A DNA stretch of 63,555 bases, filler included, from Choristocarpus tenellus KU-1152 (Eukaryota > Protista > Phaeophyceae): the NCBI GenBank assembly GCA_964200185.2. It is 9 parts of 9 records of this genome, joined end to end, with 100 filler letters (N's around TTAATTAATTAA, not from the genome) between each part and the next. Parts side by side here need not be neighbours in the genome. Positions count along the whole stretch, not along the records: positions 1 to 13,523 come from CAXNAD020001461.1; 8 more parts are not named here. One strand, 5' to 3'. Made by a program: the position numbers and the translations under genes. Positions 1-11,200 of this stretch are shown here, in pieces (the stretch's first letter is position 1; every line of letters begins with the position of its first letter). Under the pieces are notes generated by a model. That model was not told where the DNA came from. It was given only the letters and a program-made list of their open reading frames with translations, and made no database searches.

Positions 1-238
1 CTGCATCCATTTGGGGACCAAAATCCAATGTTGGAATTTTGATGTAATTTTGGCTATCGTGTTTGTTAGGAAGTGTCAATATCCATGTTCTGGACACACC
101 TTTTCATAACGCATACATTTTACCTACTCCGAAACATGTTGGAGTACGAAAATGTCATAAAAACCCCATGGGAAACCAAGTCACAAACGGACAAACAGGG
201 CAAACCTCGTACCCTCTCTTAATAAGATAATTTCACTC
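1..238 (-). mobile_element. MITE family A copy, truncated by window start
   Basis: Matches the ~258-bp family; ends in ...GATAATTTCACTC. Confidence 0.85.
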
Positions 239-1085
239 TTCTAGATACTTCTATAGGCTAGTTCCAATATACCTCAGGAGTACAAACCATGGTGGTATCT
301 CAATATCTTGACGCTGCAAGTATGTATAGGGCATGTTGGATATTTTGTATGTCTATTACTAAATATTGCTATGTGGAGATGGACCAGCACCTCTACAAGC
401 AATTAACTCTTTTGTCGCCACTACGTTTCCAGAGGATAGTGGAGATAGTGGAGATTCTTGGCAGCAAGAGGCCTTTCGCAAAGGAGACTTGGACTATGCC
501 CACTCCTGTGTTTTTATGATAGTGACCAAAGCTGAGAAAAACCCTAGCCCTCCTTGGTGTGGGAAAAGCAAGCTCAAGACATCTAGGATACAGATGACCA
601 GTCCCTCTGGAGGAAGTAATATGTCGAAAATTTTACCCAGGCGTTCGTCTTGGTTGTATGTCAAGACATCTACCTGTCCCTACGACAATACCCACAATTC
701 TCCCCTTCTTTTGAGGTCTATTGCACTTTTCCTATCAATATGTTTTCAGTTCTTCATCACAACTTCTTCGGTGAGGCATTTGTTTAGATTTCCTTCTGGT
801 CATAGAAGCATGCATCCCAAGACCCATTTTCGAAAAACCCATTTTTTTGGTGTGACAAAGGACACAAGGAACACACACGTACACACCAATGTGTGACAAA
901 GGATCCTCCACTACCCTTGATGTACACAAAACACAACTAGTTATACAAAAATACAAAGGAACGCTTGTACAAAGCATGCACAGTCATGTCCATCCCATGT
1001 GAGGTCATCTGCTTCTCCCTCTCCTCTCCTGAGGTGTCCCTAGTGTCCCTAGTGTCCCTAGTGTGCCTAATGACTACAAGTATAC

Positions 1086-4000
1086 CTCAACTCGTTGCCT
1101 CTCATCCGGTCTGTCCAGCCGATGGTCATTTGAAAGTCTTGCCACAACGCCTCCTTTACTGATCACACAACGCGAGTCGCCCACATTGCCCACAGTGAGG
1201 CATCGAGTGCGTCCATTGTACACAGCCACAATGGCAGTTGAGCCGCTTGAGTCATCCTCCTACATCATTACACGTGAGAGGTGAGGGGACTTTACTGGGA
1301 GTTTGAGGTCCCTCAAGGCTGGGGTTCCTGTGATTACTTTGCTTTTGCTTTTGCAAAGTAGTGATATTATTCCCCAATAATAGAAACTGAGTGATGAGAA
1401 TGTACGGCTAATGAGATAACTGGTTGCTTCAAATGCTACCTTACTATTTGCCCAAGTATCTAAAGTGGAGTATGGAGGAGGGAAAGGGCTCAGGGTTAAG
1501 TTCCTTAGAAGAAGAAAGTCAAAATGAGACTGAAATGTCGATGGATTGGCACTCTTGATATGTACAGGACTAAAACAAGTCGTTCTTGATGTACTATTAT
1601 CATCATAACTGGCAATTGAAAGGGCATGAGATCGTGTCTATAAAGTTTGATTGCGCTCTCTGTATGATTTAAAACATGCCTATGATTAGCAAAATTCAAG
1701 GAGGAGTGACTACCTAGAAGGTTTTCCTGTTCTTCAATTTATCAACGATATTTGTGCTCCTCTCCATCCCCTCCAAGACAGACAGTTGAATGATCCTTCT
1801 CGAAAATATTTCAACTAAGGAAATGTGCACAACCGTGGGAAATTGGAAATTGCAATAATACATGAGCTGGAAGGACTTGCCTCTCTTTGCCTCTCACACA
1901 AATCGTGATCAAATACGGAAAAAGCTTGGAGCATCGCCTGGAATCGTAGACAGCATATGGATCGGGGAAATGAGCTGCCATGCAGTGATTCTTGTTAAGA
2001 GTAGTATGGAGGGGTGTGTATGCACATCTCTTTGATCTGAAAGGCATGTATATATCAGGTTGTGTTTGCATGCATGCATGCATGTGTGTGTGTGTGTATG
2101 TGTGTGTATATGTGTGTTTCCAAGTCTGTAATTGTGTGAGGAAACATTCCATGTTGGGTAGTGAAGGTCATGTAAGGTACAACCCAGGTGGTGTGACCCA
2201 ACACCTTTGATCTCACAGTCTTGTGAAAATTTGACATACACTGTACCACTGGGCCAGAAAGATGCAGCTGCCCAAGTTATTGCCCTGGTAGTATATATAT
2301 CCTGATCGTTGACAAAATTTGAAGATGGAATTATCATTTTCTTAGGGGTGGCGAGTGATCAGTCCGACCTCTAATAATTACTATTAGATTGGCGATCACC
2401 ACTATTGTAACAATGAGTGAACGCATACTTTTGATTCCTCCATTGGAGCAACACTTGACTTTGGTGCCTTGTCTCCTATTCCAGGAGATTACGCTACTCT
2501 ACTACTATCTCACTACTGTCATTGTTGGTGATATGCATTATTAGTTTTGCATGTCTTGCCGTGGATTGAAAAATACTCCTAAGCCCTTCTATCATCCACA
2601 AACCGTTTGCCATGCATTGAGATTCAGCATTCAAATACATAAAAAGACTAAGTTTGATAATGACACCCTTCAGCACTAGTGAAGGAGAGCGAGATTATCA
2701 TGCGTACAAGTACACTGTACCAGCCCACAGACTTAGGGTTCGGGTGAACCAAGCCCCTCTCCTTGCCTCGCTTGAAAAACTGCATACACAGAACCAATCA
2801 AGTACCAAAATTGCCCTGTAAGATCACCTAGCAACCCAAATAATCAAGCACGAAAACACCAAGCAAGATATCACCCATGTATATCTCTAGTCTTCTTTTT
2901 TTTGAAGTACGTGATGGTACTGTACTGAAGGACTGTGATAGTGTCATTGACGCTAAAGTGTTTTTCCATTCCATCTCCCCCTGTCCTCAAATATGTTTAT
3001 CCCTAAGTCTAGGTATTCAATGCACTGGAGAAAGATCTTCACCTCTCCATGCTCACTCCCACCTGCTTCATGGAATGGTGAAAGGCCGATTGGCTGACCA
3101 GGCTCAAGTGCAGCCCCTTTGCCAAGGCCTCAGAGCAGAAGCTTCCACTGTGGCCATCATAAACACCAAAGAGGGAAAACTGTGTAAAAAGATACGGCCT
3201 GGACACCTGGTAAGCACAGGAAAGTTGGAGTGTGCTTTTGAAGAAGAAAAAACACCAATCATTCTGCTTCAACCATGAAAACATCTGGCATGTCACAATG
3301 AAGGGGGAAAGGATAGCTTCCCAACCTCCCATTACACAACTGTGGTTGCGCTCTAGAAATCTTAAAATGTGCAAGTTGATTTTATATTTAGAGCTAGCAG
3401 AAGTCATTGATGTACTCTGTCGAATTCTTGAGCATGAGTAGTAGCAGTTGGGTGGGGTTACATTTTGTCCAGGCAAAGCAGTAGAGACATTTGTATCCTC
3501 AAGTACACACCAATCCCTGTACTTTGTGATGGAAAGTCTTCTTTAACAGCGGTGGAAAGGGGCCCTCAGTACAAGGTACGAATTGTGTCAATGGCATTGG
3601 CGTAACAGAGTGCAGGTAGAGTGCATCCAGTTTACTTAGTGTTGTAGTTCATAACGCTAAGCAATACTATTTTAGAGCAATGTGCTACTTCGGTTGACCA
3701 ATTAATAGCACACATCTGTACCATGTATTCTATCCCTGAATCGTCCTCTTTGAGGATCACAAAATGTAAATAACTACATTAACTTCAAGCTTTAACTTCA
3801 ATGTCACTAGCAACAACAGTCGACAGGTTTATTGAAGAGTGGAGTGGTCACCCTAACCCTTACATGACTGACTAACACTGAAAGTATACTATAATATTTG
3901 CCACGACTGGTCTTATCTGAGTAGGGGTGGAGATTTTCATGCTTAGGGTGATGGGAGGAGGGGACTTGTGGTACAGTCATGAGTGAAAGTATCTTAGAGG

Positions 4001-5283
4001 GTACGAGTTTTGCCCTGTTTGTCCATTTGGGGCTTGGCTTTCCATGGGTTTTTTTAAAGGCATTTTCCTACTCCGAAATGTTTATGAGTGGTAAAGTGTG
4101 TATGTTATTAAAAGGTGTGTCTAGAACATGGATATTAACGCTTCCTAACAAACACGATAGCCAAAATTGCATCAAAATCGCAACATTGGATTTTAACCCC
4201 AAATGGACGCGGCTCTACCCTCTAAGGTACTTTGGCTCTCATGTAGGGAGTTATTCAAAGTATCTAAGATACTTACACTCAGTATGCCATTTCGAAACTT
4301 CCAACAAAAAATAGAGACAAAAGGATAGTCCCATATCTGTTGCAAGGGGTGTTCTTGCAATGGATTAATACTTCCCTTCAAACCCTGTGGTGCATCCATA
4401 CCCCCCTCAGAACACTTCTTTGCTGGGTGTAATGGACCAAACGGCTAGGACAGCAAGTTATTTTTCACTGGTTGCAATGATTGTGACCTTCACTTAGACT
4501 TTGAGTGAAGGTATCTTATTAAGAGAGGGTGCGAGTTTTTCCCTGTTTATCCATTTGGGGCATGGCTTCCCACGGGTTAATAATGACATGTTACCTACTC
4601 CAAAATGTTTCGGAGTAGGTAACATGTATACTTTATGAAAAGGAGTGTCCGGAACAAAGATACTGACATCTCCTAACAAACGCGATAGCCAAAATTACAT
4701 CAAAATTGCAACATTGGATTTTGACCCCCCAAAACGACGCGACTCTACCCTCTAACCCTAACCCTAACCCTAACATACTTTGGCTCTATACACCCTCCAT
4801 CATCACAGAGCCACTCACACCATTCTGCACGCTTGTCAGATGTTTGTTACTTTTTCTTTTTCATGACCTTGTGCCATAACACTTTCCCCCCTAAATCCAA
4901 TCACTCCAGCTTGAGGTATCCTGTACCTGTTTTGTGTCTTCCGCTATACTGTTTTTAATTACTTTCATTTCTCTGCCTCTATCACGCACTATGCACAATC
5001 TCTGGCATGACACACACACACACACAAACACACACAAACACACACACAAAATCACCTCTGTGCCCAGAACGCTTAGGTCAGGTAGGACCTGTACCCTATC
5101 TTCCTGACTCGAACGCTTCCCCTGCAGCTCAGAAACCGCTGCATAGATACCTAACCGTTGGTTGGCCATGCTGTCTAGCCCCACAGGCCTAATGTGGGTT
5201 AGGCTTACCCCCCTAAGTATTGGCAGAGTTTGTCTTGCCTTGTGTTGTACAGTCCCTTCATTTCCACATTGAGTTGACCTTGG
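1086..5283 (-). CDS. PP2C phosphatase-domain exons (N-terminal part; C-terminal exons not found, probably outside the window)
   Basis: PP2C motifs [28 protein letters not shown] and [13 protein letters not shown] in correct order across four phase-0 exons. Confidence 0.92.
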
Positions 5284-8200
5284 CTGACGGATTGACCAGC
5301 AAGTGCATGTATGAGAAAGGACAATATTTTTAGTGTGGATTACATAAAGGGGAAAAATATGACAAGGGTGGGAGTGGCAAGACTGTATTGACAGAATGAT
5401 TTCTTCCAAATAGTGCCTTTGCATGAGGTGAGCCGTTGCAAACTGTTCCGCACTGTTGATGGCAAAAACAGTATAAAATATCAAATATCAAATACCAAAT
5501 ACCAAATATCAAATACCAAAGGGCTCTAGTGCTACAAGCAGAAAATAACAAATAAAAATTGAACCCTAGTTTTAACGCCTCAAAATATAAGTAGGAATTA
5601 CTTGAAAACCATTCCACACACTAGCAGCTTATGAATAATTTATAGCCTGTATTCTCTTGTGACTGACACAGCAGCTCACTGCATGCTTGTTTGTCTGTAC
5701 ACATTGACTGGTGTGCCTGCAAGCACAAATGCCATAAATTGTCGTCAATCTCTGGACAACTCGGAAAACGAAAAGACATTAATGGGATGGATTTTTTTTT
5801 CCTTTTTTTGCTATGTTGACGTAAGTTTGAGTCCCTTGCAACAGCCTAATATACTCGGGACAAGGCTTCAACTTGAAGCACCAATCCCCTCTCTTATACC
5901 CCCTACTCGGCAACACATTCCTCTCCTCCCTGTCAAGCCGCTTCACCCAGCCCCTCTCTCTCCCCACCTGGGCAGCCAATGTGTCCATGACGGCATTAAA
6001 TTTCCCAGTACTCCCACGCTTCATCGATCTTGTCCCCCCTGCCCCATGCCTTTCTTCTCTGTGAGATCCCCCCCTTCCAGGTAAGTCCGTGCTCCAATTG
6101 CCTCTTGATCCGGAGGTCCTGACTGAAGAAGTTTCTTCCCCCTTGGTCCTCACTACCTGTTCAGGTTCCTCGTAGACCGTATCGCCTTCTGAGAACTCTT
6201 CACTGTCTGCCTGGGAACTGCATTCATTATCTTTCCCTTCTTGAGCTGAGGAGGAAAAACGGGCAACCACAACAATGATATATTTTCCCCCTCAGTGGGT
6301 CAGGTCTTGCCCATACCCTCTTCCTCTCTCTCTCGCTCTTCTCTCTTCCTCTACCCCCCTCACTCTCACCACCTGAGACTTGACTTGGACTTGATTCTCA
6401 CCTCTCTAATCAATATATAATATATATACATTACATTTGTGATACTGCAAACTCTGAAGCGCGTACGATTTTTTTTTCTTATACTATTCTGAAAAAAAGA
6501 CTATGACTATTAGCAGCAGCAAACAACAGATTTGAATAACTCAGAGGAACTATTTTTTCAACAGCCACACCTTGACCTCCAGTGCATATCTTCTCCATGC
6601 CTGACACGTTGCTGCCACCTCGATAGTTTGAGGTGCTTTTCCCTTTCGTTTTCTTGAATCTTACAGACCTCCAAGACTTGAAAGCATGAGCAGGCCAGGG
6701 GTCAGAAAACATGGTAGTGATGAAGGGATTACACACATTCTATTCTAGGACTATCACATGCACACTATATGGATACTTGTTTAGAGCTCCCCTCCCCCTC
6801 TGGAAGTTCTAGGGTTTGTTGCCCTTCTAGCCCATGTTTTTCACGCTAATCAAGACCGCTAAACTGGACCTCTACTGTAGACTTCACCCGTGTATCTATA
6901 ACTTCCTCACCTCCTCGTTCTCAGTCAGCTGCGCCCTTTCCAAGCTGCTGTCACTCCGTGTCCCAGATGTCTTCAGCGTAACTGATCGACTCTCTCTTGT
7001 TTTTTCCTCAACTGGCCGAGAAATTTTCCTGCTTAAATGTGTCAGGGGGTCACAGGGAAAAAAGGAGGTGTTTAATGGGTAAGTAGAGCAAGCATATGTG
7101 ATTAAGTGTGTGCGTTCGTGGGGACACGTTTTTTTGGGGGGGGTTCAGTGTAGCAGACTGAGGTTGTTCACCCTCCTATTGGATCCCTCAGTCCGATGTG
7201 GTAGAGTTGCTCACAGGCCCAGGCTGGGCAGGGCACTCTGCCAGAATATATTGAGTGCCCAATTGTGCACCAGCTTCAGAATGAAATCCACAGCCACACG
7301 CTGCAAATATGACCTGGTCACATATTATGCATTGAAAGGGATCCTTCTTGTGTGCTACACACCACTTCACTCATCATACGTAAAAACAAAAATGAAATCA
7401 TATACGGATAGACTAAACAAACATTAGTGGTAGCATGGCTGGGTGTTTCCCTCCTTCTTATCCCAAACCGCTATGATTGGTATAGGGCATAGATGAAATT
7501 GCCTCAACAACTAAAGGGGGGAGATTTTGTTGCATTTCACAAAATAAATAGGCCCGTGCAATGGGTGCTCTAGGTAGTGTGCTCAATCTCTGAAGTATGA
7601 ATGCATCCCAAAATAATGCACCAAATTGATTATCTAACCTTCCAGTGAGTCGTGCACCAGTAGGTAGGGGGCTAGGGCGGGTAGGTAGAGATGGTCCAGA
7701 TGACCCGGATGACCCTGGTGCCTTACCACCTCCCTCAGTCGTCCCAGCATTGATGCTGCTCTTCACCTCTGCATCGCTAACGTGAATGGCTTGATAACCT
7801 TGTTGATCAAGGGGCAAGAATGCTGGTGGTCTATGATGGGCGACCTTCCCACCTATGCCAGCAGGAGGGTCCCCATGTTGAAGCCAACGATTTGAAGCCA
7901 CCTGCCTTGGTGGGGGTGGCAGAGGGTGGGGTGGGGTAAAGAGTAGTGTGCAATTGTGCAGTAAAGTACAGTGTTAGTACTCAAAGCCTGCATTTGATGG
8001 TGTCATAGAAAATCTGGAATTGAGGAAGGAGGCAAGGTGTACAGGATTTCAGTGCAGTACTCTGAGGTGTTAGAAATTACAGCAAGGGAGGACAGGTACT
8101 TCTATAGGGCACTCTGGATGTGGGCAAGAGAGAGGGAGAATGAAGTTACCTTTCTAGAAAATGGAGATGGGCCTGGAGAAAAGGGGAAGTGATTTATCAG

Positions 8201-11200
8201 CATCCCAGCCAGGCATCATTGGCCCTTACACCCACAACAAGCACTATAATGCATACAGACGAGCAAACACCTTGACCCCAAAAAGTGCACCAACACATAT
8301 GCTGCCTGGACATGTGCAGCTGGCAATGCATGGATGTTATCCCTTACTCAGACTCAAAGTATCTGGGGTGTGTGTGGCAGATGTCCATTTGGGGTCCATT
8401 TTTCCATGTCGCATTTTTTGTGTGATTTGGTTGCATGCGTCAGATAATGTCAGATAATGGAAGTGCACTTTTCCTGTTCAGGGCCTGAATGGATACCCTG
8501 GTCTAGACTCCCCCCCCCCCAGATACTTTGAGCCTCAGGAAAGAGAAGTCCAAGAGTTGCAAAAACATACATTGGACGTGAGGAGTACCAAAGCAAAGTA
8601 ATAGATTGGAGAAATATTTTATGAGGTTTGGAAAAAATGATAAGGTAGGAGATAGAGCTTTATGCTAGATGTGGAGGTGTTCCATATGCCGTGCAGGTGG
8701 AGTTGAAACCTACCCTCCTTGTGATTGGTTAAATTCATCACTTACCATAATTCAATCTCCGCTTGTATATGATTTCTTTCAGGTTGATAAAATGGAGTGC
8801 AAAGGGGATGCATTACGCCATCCAAGGCTCAACACTGCCCCACACTTGATGCACAGGGCAGGGCATCCCACCTACACACACACACAACCCTGCAGAAACG
8901 CAATCTACAAACCTTTCCCTCTACAAAACCCCTTTTCTCACCTGGTCTAGGGTGAGACGCTTGTCTGGTTTCTTCTCCATCATCCCTTGAAGAAGTCTCC
9001 TCAGACCCGGAGACATGTTCACCTCCGGAGGGAATTCCAGTGGGTCATTTTGTATCTTTTCATACAGGGCCATCACCTGATAGCGCCACGTCCAAGGTTG
9101 TCGGTGAAACAATGGCCAAATGCGTTGAGGTTCATTTGTTCAGTGGGAGCACAAGTCAGTACTTTGGAATACCATTGCACTCTCAGGTACACAGTTTGTA
9201 CCAAATGTCTTCAATAAAAAAAATGGAGTAGCCTCTAAGGCCGGGAGAACGATGTGTTGAAAATCAATTGGGTCCATGAAGTATGGAAAATCAATTGGGC
9301 CCATGAAGTATGGAAAATCAATTGGGCATATTCCCTTCCGATATGAGCGGCCTTTGTTAGGCAAAGATGAGCTTTCCGTTTCGTGTGGATTTTGCAGGAA
9401 CCAGGGTTGCCGACTTGGAGGAGAACTCTGCACTGATCGGAGATTCAAAATATGGATCTTCACAGAGGGTATCTCTGTTACTCTCTGATAGACTTTTTCA
9501 GGTTTTGAGTAAGACAACTATACTTGGTACATGTTATCATACTCGCTGCTACATCTGTTGCTGACAACCCACTTGCAGCAGCATTAGCCACTACACTTCT
9601 GGACTATGGGATTCTGTGTTATGGCCTGATTTTGTTCTAAAGAAAAAGAAAAACTAGAGGCAAGGGAGTCTTTTGCTGAAGGTTGGGGTGGGAATCATTG
9701 TGATGATGAACACCCGTGGGGTAGCAGGAAGTGTGGAAGAGGTACTGGGGTAAGCTGCAGTAGGGAGGATAGCAACCACAACTTACAAGTCCCACCACTT
9801 GTGCCTGATTGAACCAGGGGCAAGGTGCCATGTATGTGCTTCAATGAAAACCACTTGCCTCTAGACCATGCAGGTTCTACAAGGAGATTGAAAAGGGGAA
9901 GGAAAATGTGCTGAAACTTCTTCAAATTGTATTGTACTGAAGGTTGATTGAGTTGTTGTTCATGCCTGCTATTCAAGCTTGTCTCATTTTTGTTCTCTGA
10001 GACCATCTATGTCTTGTTGATCAACTCCTTTCTGAATCCTCACGCCACAGTCCAGGCCCAAACTGGTTGTATTGAAGGATGATCCGTTCTGAGTCTAGAA
10101 TAACAAGTACAAAAGCCTAGACTACTTGGCAGGAACTCGCCTCAGTCTCCATATATCAGATTCTGATTTACTTATAGACAGGACACACCACTGTGTGTCC
10201 TTCATTTAAAAAAATGCATACATTGAATACAAGCAAATTTCAATATTTCAAGGGACTCAAGCAGGCACTGTATCACAAAGGTGGCACATTACCCCCCATC
10301 ATCACCACCCACCTGTTAATTTCTAGCTCTTGCTACATATATTTCTTCTTTTTTGACAGTACCATCCTTTTTTGTTTGTTTGGACCAGATGCCCTACCTC
10401 TTTGTTATCCCACCGGCACCATCACTATTTCTTTTTTTCACTTATCTTCATCACCATTACGTCCTATTCCATCAATACCCCCTTGACATCGAGGGAGAAG
10501 AAAGTGAAGACAGAATTATACCATAGGACCCTTCATTCATCAATAGTTGCTGTACCATTGTACCATTATACCATTATACCATTATACCATAGCATCTACA
10601 CAAAGTACCTTCGTCCCTCTCTAATGTAATGTGTCCATTTCCATTGGTAGCCTGTTCAGCACTGTCTTACCTGAGCGGACATGAAGGGTGGCTTCCCACA
10701 GCGTACCATGAACATGGTTGCCCCAAGGGCCCACACATCCGCCAGCTGTCCTGAATACGATCCTCCTTGACAGAGCTCAGGGCTCATGAAAGTTGGGGTT
10801 CCAACCTGCACTCCAAGAACGAGATATCTGAGAAGCAGGAACCCCAGCACATGACTTTCTAATCCCCGAGGTATGAAGCCAGGGGGGGGGGTACCTGGTA
10901 CCTAAACCTATCCAAAGTTGTGATACGCCTTCTGTTGCTGGGACTTTGAATAAAAACCTCGTCGAAAATTGAGAGGTGGAGAACAGAGTTGAAAGCAGTA
11001 ATAAATGGAACCATCAGGCCAATATGAAATGTGCAATATACAATCAGACCAATAGGATAAATTTCCCCTGCAATCTCCCCTGTAGCATTAACATAAATGT
11101 AGGGGTTCTGATTTTGTGCATGACACGGTATGACCACATAAGAAATTGTTGACGGTATATACTACACTGTATCAAATTACTCATACCGCCAGTGGTACAT

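Noticed and set aside
366-896. 176-aa plus-strand ORF
   Set aside because: No recognisable motif; probably intronic to the kinase-PP2C gene on the opposite strand.
3979-4314. Recurrent similar small ORFs (..PTPKHFGVG.., ..[13 protein letters not shown]..) at 3979, 4494, 19724, 48834 and 49209
   Set aside because: Chance translations of MITE family A; frames are not conserved between copies.
6911-7300. Additional linker exons (6911-7028; about 7188-7300)
   Set aside because: They have plausible splice sites, but I could not fit them into a phase-consistent path. Left out of the model; unresolved.
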